NCBI GenBank assembly: GCA_004431415.1
Contig: QPMI01000416.1
Location: 682,001 to 746,000, forward strand
Source: Cyanophora paradoxa CCMP329
Lineage: Eukaryota > Plantae > Glaucophyta
Length of the DNA: 64,000 bases
Direction of reading: 5' to 3'
Within the stretch, counting starts at the first letter, position 1; every line of letters starts with the position of its first letter. A program made the translations under genes and the position numbers. Positions 12,801 to 26,500 of the stretch are shown here, in pieces. The notes below the pieces were generated by a model. The model saw nothing but the letters and a program-made list of their open reading frames with translations. It did no database searches and was not told the DNA's origin.

Positions 12801-15800
12801 ACACGTGGCGCTGGCGCTCCTTTGCCACCCGCGCCTCTTGCCGTACGGCTTTAGCGAGCACGAGCGGCGCTGGAGCCGTACGCGCGCCATCCGCTGCCCC
12901 TAGCGCCGCGGCTTCCGCCGTGACCTAGAGCTGTCGCCGCGCCCTCCGCCGCCCCTCTCACCATCCCCGCCCCCTCATCTCCCCCGCCCCAGGCGCGATC
13001 GACTTCGGCCCGACGTACAAGTACGAGCTCAACTCGGCGGAGTACGTCCGCAGGAAGTGCGTCTCCGGTTCTATGTTTTCGTCGTCTTCCTTCGCGCTTT
13101 CGTCTCTATGTTTTCTCCTTGCTCCTTGCTCTCGTCCCCTCTCTCCTCCCCGCTCTCCTCTCTTGGCTTCGCTTTGCTTCGCTGAGCGTGGGCGGGCCTC
13201 CTCCTCCCCCCCCCTCCTTAGGGACGGCGGCCTGCGCCCCCCCGCCTGGTGCGACCGCGTGCTCTGGAGCGTACCCCCCTCGGCCTCCTCCCCCTCCCCC
13301 TCCGCCGAGAACAAGAAGAGGAACGAGGACCCTTCTTCTTCTTCGTCGCCGTCGCCATCGCCGAAGGAGGAACGGTCGTCTAAGGGGGAACGGTCCTCCG
13401 CGGTCTCGCTGCGCTCCTACCGGCGGCACGAGCTGGCGGCCTCGGACCACCGGCCCGTCTCCGCTTCCTTCGAGCTCCTCGTACCCCTCCCCATCCCATC
13501 CCCCCCTCCCCCCCTCTCTGACTCCTCCTCTCCTCTCGGCAGGGTCGGCGGGTGGAGCGGGCCCGGGAGGCGGCGGTGGTGGAGGCCCTCCACCGGCGCC
13601 TCGACGCCCTCGAGAACGACTCCCTGCCCCAGGTAGGGGGGGAGGAGGGGAGGGGGTGGGGGTGGGGGGGGAGCGAGCGAGAGAGAGAGAGAGCCGTGGC
13701 CGTGAGGGGCCGGGGGGGGGGGGGGGGGGGGGGGAGGGCGCTCCATCTAGTGCCCCAGCACCCTCCGGGCGCCGCAGGGGCGGGCTGCTGGGGCCGGCCT
13801 GCCCGGGGGCCTTGCCCCGGGGCCGGGTAGAGGAGGACTGGCGGGCCTTGATGGAACAGCAGGGGCGACCCCGCCGAAGGGAAGGGCCCTACGTCCCTCT
13901 AGGCGCCCCGCCCCGCCCCTCTCCTAGCTCGGCCGGCTCTCTCCCCGGGGGCCCTTCCCCACCCCCTCTCTCGCGGCCTTTGACGCCCGCCTCTCGCCAG
14001 CCCTAGATAGATACGCCGCCCGGCCTTTGATTTAGATAGATAGATAGATAGCCGTAGATAGATAGCCAGCCCTGTAGGGGCCCCTGCTAACCCCCGCCCC
14101 CCGCCCCGCAGGTCCGCTTCCAGCCGCCCTCCCTCGAGGCCGACGTGCGCCGTACCCCCCCTCCCCTAGCGCCGGCCCGCCGCTCGTCCGCCTCGAACGG
14201 CAGCTTTATAGAGAGCATTCTTTATAAAGTTCTTCATAAGGAAAGTTCCTATGCACTATGGAAACCTTGTGATTGGGACCTAATCTAATTCGAACGCAGC
14301 TCGGCGTAGTGGAGTTCGACACGCCCTCGCGCCGCTCCATCCTGCTCGAGAACACCGGCCAGGCCCGTACCCCCCCACTCACCCCCCCCTTGCCTGTCCT
14401 TGTTCTTCATTTTTTAAGGGGCATGTACGTACGCGCAGTTCGTGGCGGCCTGGCGGCTCGTTCCCAAGCCGGGGGACGAGCGCGTCTGCGCCCCGTGGCT
14501 CCGCGTCGAGCCGCAGGCACGCGCCCGCGGGCGTACCCCCCTCGCGTCTTCGCCCCTCTCCTTACCGATTCTGGCGGGGGTAGGAGGGCATCGTGGGCCC
14601 GGGGGAGAGTGCGGAGATCACGCTCACGGCGCACGTCACGAGGCGCGCGCCGTACTCCCCCCCCCGCCATTCATCGTACCCCTCTCTCACCCCTTGCGTG
14701 CAGGCGAACGGCGGCGCGGCTGACGGAGGAGGGGGTACCCCTTGAGGAGATCGTGGTCCTCCACCTCGACAGGGGGCGCGACTACTTCGTGCGCAATCGC
14801 GTCCCCCCCCCCCGCGCCGCCCCGCCCAGCCCGGATCTCAGAACAGATCGCGCTCAGATCACGGCGACGGGCCGCTACGTTCGCTCCTGCTTCGGCTGCT
14901 CCCTCGACTACCTCGCTGCAGTACCCCGTTCGGCTGGATTCCGCGGATCGACGTACCCCTCACGCCTCTCCTCGCCGCAGCGGTCCGAGCCCGTGCGGGG
15001 CCCGCCGCCCCCTGCCGGGGAAGAGCACGTACCCTCCCCCCGACGGGCGCGTGTACCCCGGGAGATCATCCGACTCGTCGAGCACCTCATGGAGCCCGAG
15101 TCCAACATGGGCCAGGCCCGCCCTGTACCCCTCCGAGCCTTCTTCCCCCCTGTCCTCTGACCCTGCCGCAGCGGGGTCTGTTCTTGGAGGGCGGCGACCC
15201 CGCCGAGGTACCCGTACCCCCGGCTCCTTCCTCCCCTCCCAAATGACGTACCCCGTGCTCAGGTCGCTGCGCTGCGGGACTGCCTGGACACGGGCGAACC
15301 ATTCCCGCCCTCGGCCAGTGCGTGGGAGCCTTCCGTACCCGGCCATCCATCCTATCCAACGGCGTACCCCCCCTCAGGCATCCTCTCCGTCGCGGAGACT
15401 CTCGTGCGGCTACTCGACAGGCGCGCACTGAACTGTACGGATGTCTGCGTTCTTCCTTACCGAATTGAGCGCAGCCTGGAGACGCCCGTCGTACCCCTGC
15501 CCGCCCAGGTACCCCTCTTGAACCCCTTCCCCCCTCTTTATCCTCATCCGGGGTACCAGGCGCGGCTCATCGCGCCGCTGGCCCTCCCGACGTCCTTCGG
15601 GGCCAACCTGCCCGCCCTGCCCGACCCCTCCGAGGTCCGCCGTACCCCCCCTGCAAACCGCGTACCCCGCCTCGAGCTCGACACCGGTACCCCCGCAGGT
15701 CATGGCCTCGACGCCGGTCCACCTCGTGACGTTCTCGTACATTGCGGCGTTCCTCCGGGAGGTCTGTACCCCCCGCAATCCGCCCCTGGCCCGCTACTCA

Positions 15801-16074
15801 TGGCCTATCCCCTTCACAGATCCTGCGCCACTCGGAGACCAACCGTCTCTCGCCCGACGACGTCGGTACCCCTTCTCGTTATCTCCCTCCCTCGTCGCCC
15901 TGCGTTGCAGGCCGATACGCCTTTTTCGCCGCAGCGGCTGTCTTCGCGGAGGTGCTCCTTCGGCCGCCGGGGGCCGGCGCGGCCGGCGCGGCGGGCGGCG
16001 CGGCGGGCGGCGCGGGGCGCGAGGCGTCGCGTCGGCGGCGCGCGTTCCTAGCCCAGTACCTCAACAGCCTGTAG
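9893..16074 (+). CDS. OCRL: OCRL/INPP5B-type inositol polyphosphate 5-phosphatase (PH-like, 5-phosphatase, ASH, RhoGAP-like), multi-exon
   Basis: Motifs in order: REAWVRRQMKAREAEY, TWNVNG, SRQLVG, GVGVMGVL|GNKGGVG, HLSAH..VERRNYD, FGDLNYRI, FGPTYKY, PAWCDRVLW, SDHRPVSASF, LENDSLPQ, ENTGQ, LDRGRDYF, SCFGCSL, PREIIRLVEHL, HSETNRL, VFAEVLLRPP. Confidence 0.93.
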
Positions 16075-16340
16075 CCCAAAGCTAAGGTCTTATATGAAGG
16101 TCCGGAAGCTAAGGTCTTTGATCACAATCCTGTAACTAGTACTATGACAGGTGGTCTTTTTGACCAGTGTGACGTGACGCACGCATTTGATATCACACGA
16201 CTCACGTGGTGATTCCGGGGTTTGATAACCATTTCCGATCATCAAACGATAACCTAATGATCATGATTTGCGCGCAAACTGGTTTTCAACTGCACGTCTG
16301 TCCGAGTTCTGTCCAAAATAGGTTTCGAGTTCTAGCTGTA

Positions 16341-16920
16341 GGTTTCGAGTTGGAAATTATTAGCTACGGTGAGAGTTCGCTGGTACTTCAACTTGATCAT
16401 GCATATGAACGTGCACATGCATAGACTCTGCCATAGAGTCGAGGTCGAAAATGAACTTCGGAATGACGTCCAACCGGCCAACCTCATTTTACAACTGGTC
16501 CCGCCGTTTCATGATCAAGGTTTGACGGTCACTGAGTCACGTTTGACGCAGGTTTGACAGTCACGCGACTCACGCCGCGACTCACGCGTAAGGTCCGCGA
16601 GCTCCGAACGGCACTACAAGCTCGAAACGGCACGTCAGTGAGTCACGGTATCAGCTCCGAGCTGCAGGATGATGCCAGCATTGCCAGGATCCCGAGGCCC
16701 AGGTTTCGAGTTGTAAATAATTGGCTGCGTTGAGAGTTCGACGGAACTTGCACATGCTCGATCATCGGATAATGAATGACGTCCAACCGGCCAACCACAT
16801 TTGACAACTGGTCCCGTTTGACGCAGGTTTGATGGTCACGCGTACGGCCCGCGGCCCGCGAGCTCCGAACGGCACTGCAAGCTCGAAACGGCTCGTCACG
16901 GTGTCACCTCCGAGCTGCAG
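16341..16920. repeat. Two diverged direct copies of a ~220-330 bp noncoding unit (~16341-16670 and ~16702-16920)
   Basis: Blocks shared in the same order: ggtttcgagttg..aat..ttgagagttcg, aatgacgtccaaccggccaacc, gtttgacgcaggtttga, gcgagctccgaacggcact.caagctcgaaacggc, ctccgagctgcag. Confidence 0.7.
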
Positions 16921-17521
16921 CTTGGCAGGAGGCCCAGGCCCGGTCCGGATCCGAAGGCAGCACTCGCAGCATTCCGATCGGAGCATCGGTGACATCTCAA
17001 CCTTGAGGCAGGTGACCGTGCTTCGGGACTAGCAACGATCCGGCTACGATCTGGATCCAGAACTAGCTATAGCGATTTTAAGAAATATTATATGGGGCGG
17101 GCCGCGGTGACGGCGCCGGCGTGAAGCACGAAATAAAAACCACTTCGAATTTTAATTTTCCACCTGTTCATTGATCCAGCCCTGGCAGGGATTTCGAATT
17201 CCATCTTTTCACAAATTTTAATTTGTTGTCGCTCCAGGGACCTCGCTAAAGAACTTGAAAACTTCATTTGGAATGATCACGAGCCATGATCAGTGTCACC
17301 ATCACGTCACTTCATCCGTCACTGCGTCATCACCTTCCGAATTTGCAGCGGCAACTTCGATGGTTCGTCGTTTCATGCATAAACCACATTCGCACGCGAA
17401 TCGGCTTAGCTTTGCGGTCCCTTTAAATTTCGTGGGCGGCTCTGCTCCGGCCCAGATCAGTGCTCGTAGCGAATTCCCAGACTCGCTGCCGGTTTTAGAC
17501 CAACCTCTCTCTGGCGCCAGC

Positions 17522-20500
17522 ATGGCGCCGCACGCGCGCCGCTCCGGCCAGCTTTGGCCGCGCGCACCTCTCTGCCTCGCGCTTGCGGTCCTCGTGGCAG
17601 CGCTCTTGGCTGGCCTGAGCGACGCCGGCGCCGACGCCTCGCGCGATGCGCATTCCGATCGCCTGAGTTTTGGTGCGTGCCTCCGCGCAGTGCCCTCAAA
17701 GCATCATCATTTTAATTTGTGCGACAGTCTTTGATGGGACCGCTCATCCCGACTTTGAGCACGTATACGTACGCGCGAAGCGGGCTCTTCTCGATCATGA
17801 GACGAAGCCCACTGCTCCGCCTACCCCGACGCCCAAGCCGGAGCCGTGCACGAAGGACGTCGCCGCCCTTCCGAAGAGCCTCGAGACCGCCAAGGTGCGA
17901 CCGCTAGGCTTAGAGATCAGATCGCGCCATGTGCGCAACTAATTATTAGACTTACATGTACAACTTTTGAAGCCCCGGCCCGTTTCCAGCACGCGCACTT
18001 CTGACATGTCTGCTCACGATCGGCTCCGGTCCACGATATGCGCGCCGCAGGCCGATTACATCCTGCCAGGGCTGAGCTCCGTCAGCGTCATGCGGACCGC
18101 GTCCAACAAATGCACCGGCGTCTACGATTGCTGGGGTGAATACGTTGAGGTAAGCCGGCGCCGTCGATGCCCGTTATCGGCTTGAGCCCGAATAGAGGCT
18201 CGGCAAACTCAATGTTTTGGATCCGCTTTGCTCGCCCATGGTCAGCTGCAGCATGCTAATTTCGGCTCTTCGGAATTCAGTTCAAATCCGGGACGACGGA
18301 GGCGACGCGCTCGAAGACAAACATCACCCTCGCGCTGAACCCGATCATCGACACCGCAGCCAAAGCCGAGGCGCTCTCCGCCCTCCAGCTCGAGGTCAAG
18401 ATGCGCGGTGCGCACGCGCCCCGCCGCGCGCTGGAGATCAATATTCAAGACCGCACACGCATGAGCTGCAGCTGCGTACGCGGCGTGCGCGATTCGCAAT
18501 GATAACAGCAGCTCAAGCCGCAACATAAAATCCTATAGGAACACGACAGGAATTCATAGCTTAAGCTTGCCGATCGCGAGTGCTCAAGCTTTCGCTAACC
18601 GCGACGGCGAGCAGGTCCTCACGGGAAGGAGATCCTGTGGGTATGGGAGGTCTACAATTACGACACCAAGAACTGGGTCATGCTCGGCAACAACAACAAC
18701 ACCGATCCCGCCTACACCCCTTCTCTCGCGTGGTGCGCGCGCCGAGCATGCGCAGCGCAGCACTCGCGCTTAAGCTTGCCTTGAATTAATTTGCTAGCGC
18801 TGCGAGCTCACGTCGAGGTGGGACCTTCCGCGCAGGACGTGGGTGACGCTGAAGTTCCCCGCGCTGTCCGGACCGGCACTCCCGTATCTGAAGAAGGACG
18901 GCTCGACGTACACCGTCCTCGTCCGCCAGACCTGCATGAGTGCGCAGCCGCTGGGCCTAGATCTAGAGTGCTGCCGATCGCAGCCCCGACTAACAATTGC
19001 AATATTAATTGTGCAAGCCTTGCAAATTGGAGCGCCGTGCATTCTGACTTGTCCTCGCCGGCGCAGCGCTCAAGGCGGACGCGATCAACATCGACTACAT
19101 GGCGGTGAACTTCGTGTACGCGTGCGACGGAGAGGAGACCCCGACCCCGACCCCGACTCCGGTTACCCCCACCCCGACCGAGGCCCCCCCTGCTCCGCCT
19201 ACCCCGACGCCCAAGCCGGAGCCGTGCACGAAGGACGTCGCCGCCCTTCCGAAGAGCCTCGAGACCGCCAAGGTGCGACCGCTAGGCTTAGAGATCAGAT
19301 CGCGCCATGTGCGCAACTAATTATTAGACTTACATGTACAACTTTTGAAGCCCCGGCCCGTTTCCAGCACGCGCACTTCTGACATGTCTGCTCACGATCG
19401 GCTCCGGTCCACGATATGCGCGCCGCAGGCCGATTACATCCTGCCAGGGCTGAGCTCCGTCAGCGTCATGCGGACCGCGTCCAACAAATGCACCGGCGTC
19501 TACGATTGCTGGGGTGAATACGTTGAGGTAAGCCGGCGCCGTCGATGCCCGTTATCGGCTTGAGCCGAATAGAGGCTCGGCAAACTCAATGTTTTGGATC
19601 CGCTTTGCTCGCCCATGGTCAGCTGCAGCATGCTAATTTCGGCTCTTCGGAATTCAGTTCAAATCCGGGACGACGGAGGCGACGCGCTCGAAGACAAACA
19701 TCACCCTCGCGCTGAACCCGATCATCGACACCGCAGCCAAAGCCGAGGCGCTCTCCGCCCTCCAGCTCGAGGTCAAGATGCGCGGTGCGCACGCGCCCCG
19801 CCGCGCGCTGGAGATCAATATTCAAGACCGCACACGCATGAGCTGCAGCTGCGTACGCGGCGTGCGCGATTCGCAATGATAACAGCAGCTCAAGCCGCAA
19901 CATAAAATCCTATAGGAACACGACAGGAATTCATAGCTTAAGCTTGCCGATCGCGAGTGCTCAAGCTTTCGCTAACCGCGACGGCGAGCAGGTCCTCACG
20001 GGAAGGAGATCCTGTGGGTATGGGAGGTCTACAATTACGACACCAAGAACTGGGTCATGCTCGGCAACAACAACAACACCGATCCCGCCTACACCCCTTC
20101 TCTCGCGTGGTGCGCGCGCCGAGCATGCGCAGCGCAGCACTCGCGCTTAAGCTTGCCTTGAATTAATTTGCTAGCGCTGCGAGCTCACGTCGAGGTGGGA
20201 CCTTCCGCGCAGGACGTGGGTGACGCTGAAGTTCCCCGCGCTGTCCGGACCGGCACTCCCGTATCTGAAGAAGGACGGCTCGACGTACACCGTCCTCGTC
20301 CGCCAGACCTGCATGAGTGCGCAGCCGCTGGGCCTAGATCTAGAGTGCTGCCGATCGCAGCCCCGACTAACAATTGCAATATTAATTGTGCAAGCCTTGC
20401 AAATTGGAGCGCCGTGCATTCTGACTTGTCCTCGCCGGCGCAGCGCTCAAGGCGGACGCGATCAACATCGACTACATGGCGGTGAACTTCGTGTACGCGT

Positions 20501-23500
20501 GCGACGGAGAGGAGACCCCGACCCCGACCCCGACTCCGGTTACCCCCACCCCGACCGAGGCCCCCCTGCTCCGCCTACCCGACGCCCAAGCCGGAGCCGT
20601 GCACGAAGGACGTCGCCGCCCTTCCGAAGAGCCTCGAGACCGCCAAGGTGCGACCGCTAGGCTTAGAGATCAGATCGCGCCATGTGCGCAACTAATTATT
20701 AGACTTACATGTACAACTTTTGAAGCCCCGGCCCGTTTCCAGCACGCGCACTTCTGACATGTCTGCTCACGATCGGCTCCGGTCCACGATATGCGCGCCG
20801 CAGGCCGATTACATCCTGCCAGGGCTGAGCTCCGTCAGCGTCATGCGGACCGCGTCCAACAAATGCACCGGCGTCTACGATTGCTGGGGTGAATACGTTG
20901 AGGTAAGCCGGCGCCGGAGGCGACGCGCTCGAAGACAAACATCACCCTCGCGCTGAACCCGATCATCGACACCGCAGCCAAAGCCGAGGCGCTCTCCGCC
21001 CTCCAGCTCGAGGTCAAGATGCGCGGTGCGCACGCGCCCCGCCGCGCGCTGGAGATCAATATTCAAGACCGCACACGCATGAGCTGCAGCTGCGTACGCG
21101 GCGTGCGCGATTCGCAATGATAACAGCAGCTCAAGCCGCAACATAAAATCCTATAGGAACACGACAGGAATTCATAGCTTAAGCTTGCCGATCGCGAGTG
21201 CTCAAGCTTTCGCTAACCGCGACGGCGAGCAGGTCCTCACGGAAGGAGATCCTGTGGGTATGGGAGGTCTACAATTACGACACCAAGAACTGGGTCATGC
21301 TCGGCAACAACAACAACACCGATCCCGCCTACACCCCTTCTCTCGCGTGGTGCGCGCGCCGAGCATGCGCAGCGCAGCACTCGCGCTTAAGCTTGCCTTG
21401 AATTAATTTGCTAGCGCTGCGAGCTCACGTCGAGGTGGGACCTTCCGCGCAGGACGTGGGTGACGCTGAAGTTCCCCGCGCTGTCCGGACCGGCACTCCC
21501 GTATCTGAAGAAGGACGGCTCGACGTACACCGTCCTCGTCCGCCAGACCTGCATGAGTGCGCAGCCGCTGGGCCTAGATCTAGAGTGCTGCGATCGCAGC
21601 CCCGACTAACAATTGCAATATTAATTGTGCAAGCCTTGCAAATTGGAGCGCCGTGCATTCTGACTTGTCCTCGCCGGCGCAGCGCTCAAGGCGGACGCGA
21701 TCAACATCGACTACATGGCGGTGAACTTCGTGTACGCGTGCGACGGAGAGGAGACCCCGACCCCGACCCCGACTCCGGTTACCCCCACCCCGACCGAGGC
21801 CCCCCCTGCTCCGCCTACCCCGACGCCCAAGCCGGAGCCGTGCACGAAGGACGTCGCCGCCCTTCCGAAGAGCCTCGAGACCGCCAAGGTGCGACCGCTA
21901 GGCTTAGAGATCAGATCGCGCCATGTGCGCAACTAATTATTAGACTTACATGTACAACTTTTGAAGCCCCGGCCCGTTTCCAGCACGCGCACTTCTGACA
22001 TGTCTGCTCACGATCGGCTCCGGTCCACGATATGCGCGCCGCAGGCCGATTACATCCTGCCAGGGCTGAGCTCCGTCAGCGTCATGCGGACCGCGTCCAA
22101 CAAATGCACCGGCGTCTACGATTGCTGGGGTGAATACGTTGAGGTAAGCCGGCGCCGGAGGCGACGCGCTCGAAGACAAACATCACCCTCGCGCTGAACC
22201 CGATCATCGACACCGCAGCCAAAGCCGAGGCGCTCTCCGCCCTCCAGCTCGAGGTCAAGATGCGCGGTGCGCACGCGCCCCGCCGCGCGCTGGAGATCAA
22301 TATTCAAGACCGCACACGCATGAGCTGCAGCTGCGTACGCGGCGTGCGCGATTCGCAATGATAACAGCAGCTCAAGCCGCAACATAAAATCCTATAGGAA
22401 CACGACAGGAATTCATAGCTTAAGCTTGCCGATCGCGAGTGCTCAAGCTTTCGCTAACCGCGACGGCGAGCAGGTCCTCACGGGAAGGAGATCCTGTGGG
22501 TATGGGAGGTCTACAATTACGACACCAAGAACTGGGTCATGCTCGGCAACAACAACAACACCGATCCCGCCTACACCCTTCTCTCGCGTGGTGCGCGCGC
22601 CGAGCATGCGCAGCGCAGCACTCGCGCTTAAGCTTGCCTTGAATTAATTTGCTAGCGCTGCGAGCTCACGTCGAGGTGGGACCTTCCGCGCAGGACGTGG
22701 GTGACGCTGAAGTTCCCCGCGCTGTCCGGACCGGCACTCCCGTATCTGAAGAAGGACGGCTCGACGTACACCGTCCTCGTCCGCCAGACCTGCATGAGTG
22801 CGCAGCCGCTGGGCCTAGATCTAGAGTGCTGCCGATCGCAGCCCCGACTAACAATTGCAATATTAATTGTGCAAGCCTTGCAAATTGGAGCGCCGTGCAT
22901 TCTGACTTGTCCTCGCCGGCGCAGCGCTCAAGGCGGACGCGATCAACATCGACTACATGGCGGTGAACTTCGTGTACGCGTGCGACGGAGAGGAGACCCC
23001 GACCCCGACCCCGACTCCGGTTACCCCCACCCCGACCGAGGCCCCCCCTGCTCCGCCTACCCCGACGCCCAAGCCGGAGCCGTGCACGAAGGACGTCGCC
23101 GCCCTTCCGAAGAGCCTCGAGACCGCCAAGGTGCGACCGCTAGGCTTAGAGATCAGATCGCGCCATGTGCGCAACTAATTATTAGACTTACATGTACAAC
23201 TTTTGAAGCCCCGGCCCGTTTCCAGCACGCGCACTTCTGACATGTCTGCTCACGATCGGCTCCGGTCCACGATATGCGCGCCGCAGGCCGATTACATCCT
23301 GCCAGGGCTGAGCTCCGTCAGCGTCATGCGGACCGCGTCCAACAAATGCACCGGCGTCTACGATTGCTGGGGTGAATACGTTGAGGTAAGCCGGCGCCGG
23401 AGGCGACGCGCTCGAAGACAAACATCACCCTCGCGCTGAACCCGATCATCGACACCGCAGCCAAAGCCGAGGCGCTCTCCGCCCTCCAGCTCGAGGTCAA

Positions 23501-26500
23501 GATGCGCGGTGCGCACGCGCCCCGCCGCGCGCTGGAGATCAATATTCAAGACCGCACACGCATGAGCTGCAGCTGCGTACGCGGCGTGCGCGATTCGCAA
23601 TGATAACAGCAGCTCAAGCCGCAACATAAAATCCTATAGGAACACGACAGGAATTCATAGCTTAAGCTTGCCGATCGCGAGTGCTCAAGCTTTCGCTAAC
23701 CGCGACGGCGAGCAGGTCCTCACGGGAAGGAGATCCTGTGGGTATGGGAGGTCTACAATTACGACACCAAGAACTGGGTCATGCTCGGCAACAACAACAA
23801 CACCGATCCCGCCTACACCCCTTCTCTCGCGTGGTGCGCGCGCCGAGCATGCGCAGCGCAGCACTCGCGCTTAAGCTTGCCTTGAATTAATTTGCTAGCG
23901 CTGCGAGCTCACGTCGAGGTGGGACCTTCCGCGCAGGACGTGGGTGACGCTGAAGTTCCCCGCGCTGTCCGGACCGGCACTCCCGTATCTGAAGAAGGAC
24001 GGCTCGACGTACACCGTCCTCGTCCGCCAGACCTGCATGAGTGCGCAGCCGCTGGGCCTAGATCTAGAGTGCTGCCGATCGCAGCCCCGACTAACAATTG
24101 CAATATTAATTGTGCAAGCCTTGCAAATTGGAGCGCCGTGCATTCTGACTTGTCCTCGCCGGCGCAGCGCTCAAGGCGGACGCGATCAACATCGACTACA
24201 TGGCGGTGAACTTCGTGTACGCGTGCGACGGAGAGGAGACCCCGACCCCGACCCCGACTCCGGTTACCCCGACCCCGACCGAGGCCCCCCCTGCTCCTCC
24301 TACCCCGACGCCCAAGCCGGAGCCGTGCACGAAGGACGTCGCCGCCCTTCCGAAGAGCCTCGAGACCGCCAAGGTGCGACCGCTAGGCTTAGAGATCAGA
24401 TCGCGCCATGTGCGCAACTAATTATTAGACTTACATGTACAACTTTTGAAGCCCCGGCCCGTTTCCAGCACGCGCACTTCTGACATGTCTGCTCACGATC
24501 GGCTCCGGTCCACGATATGCGCGCCGCAGGCCGATTACATCCTGCCAGGGCTGAGCTCCGTCAGCGTCATGCGGACCGCGTCCAACAAATGCACCGGCGT
24601 CTACGATTGCTGGGGTGAATACGTTGAGGTAAGCCGGCGCCGTCGATGCCCGTTATCGGCTTGAGCCCGAATAGAGGCTCGGCAAACTCAATGTTTTGGA
24701 TCCGCTTTGCTCGCCCATGGTCAGCTGCAGCATGCTAATTTCGGCTCTTCGGAATTCAGTTCAAATCCGGGACGACGGAGGCGACGCGCTCGAAGACAAA
24801 CATCACCCTCGCGCTGAACCCGATCATCGACACCGCAGCCAAAGCCGAGGCGCTCTCCGCCCTCCAGCTCGAGGTCAAGATGCGCGGTGCGCACGCGCCC
24901 CGCCGCGCGCTGGAGATCAATATTCAAGACCGCACACGCATGAGCTGCAGCTGCGTACGCGGCGTGCGCGATTCGCAATGATAACAGCAGCTCAAGCCGC
25001 AACATAAAATCCTATAGGAACACGACAGGAATTCATTGCAAGGGGGGAAAAGAAGACCGAAGGTCTTCCCCCCCTTGCTTCCCGTTCCCTCGCTTCAGCC
25101 AAAAGTTTTCTAGGAGGCCGTTTTCGAGGGCCAGCTTGCAACGAAATTGTCGGTTATTCGCGATCCGATTGGCTCGGTGAACCGGTCAGCTCTCGACTTT
25201 CGAGCGTCGAATTCGAGGGGAAAACGTGGTTTTCGAAGAGAAAACTAACTTCTCTCTAACTCCGGTCTTCGAATTCCTTGCGCGGTTCTGCATGGAACCA
25301 GTTCTCCCTAGCGCTAGCTGTCTCCTCTAGATTTCGGCTTCCTCGCAGTGCGTCGCGTACGCCTTGCTCTTCGTTGCGCGGTTCTGCATGGAACCACTTC
25401 TCTCTACCTGTCAACGTCTCCTCTAGATTTCCGCCTGCAAACTGCTTGCGTTGCTGCCTGCGCCGCTGCAGCTGATCGCAGCCGAGCACGCCCGGCCGGC
25501 CAGATCTAGACCGTACTCTCTTGCTGCGCTTATATCGAGCTTATATCGAGCTTATATTGCAGAACCGCGTGTGCCGGCCGAGCACGCCGGCCGGGCCGGG
25601 CGCTCGGCGCTCTTGTTGCGATCGGCACCCGGACAGCTTCCACGGACTGTGCTGTCCGCTCATTCGGCACCCCGCGTGCGCCCTGTGTTGCGCCGCGTGC
25701 ACGTGCGTGCGCCCCCGCCGCCTGTCACCCGCGGCCGGCCTGGGCATTGCCTCCGGACGCGCCGCTGCACGCCGCTTTAATTTCCGGTCGTTACGGATCC
25801 AGCTAACAGGCCAGCTGGCTGCACTGCAGCTTAAGCTTCAGCAGTGTTTGCAACAGCCGGCAGTTCCCTTATTCAGCAGTAGCTCAGGGAAAGACCTTCC
25901 CTTGGCGAATTTCAGACGAGATGGGACGGACAGCTGCATTGGACCTTGTCCTCGGGCGAGATTTCCTGCCGTCGCACTGCACGCTCTCATCGTCGTGCAC
26001 GGGCGGCATTTGTTTACATTGTCCGGACGGAGCCCGTGAACACATCTGCTCATGTCCGGCAACACGGTCGCAGCGCTCGAGTTCGTGCAGTTTCCATCGA
26101 GCCGCGCGCACGCTCGCAAAAACGCAGCAGCTAACGCACGTATTCACCGCCACCGGAGTTCGAACACAGCAATGCGTGCCCAGCCTTCAGTTGGCGATCC
26201 GGATCCGCGAAGCGCGCGTTTGTGTGTCCAAGTGAGCTGGTTTCGCGACTTTTTACAAACTTGAAATTGGCCTCCTGGCTCGGCCTCGCGCGCGGCCGCC
26301 TCCTGGCTCGGCCTCGCGCGCGGCCGGCTTTGTGCGGGCGCCGTCGCGTGTGTGCTCCCGCCGGACGGATACCGGCACGCCGCGTCCACCTGGCCGTCTG
26401 GAGCGGCCCCCGACGTCGGCGGTCTCGTGTCCGTGCTCGGAGCGGCTGAGACGCCGCTGCTCGTCCTCGTCCGCGAGCTCCCCGACACTAGTAAAAAGGG

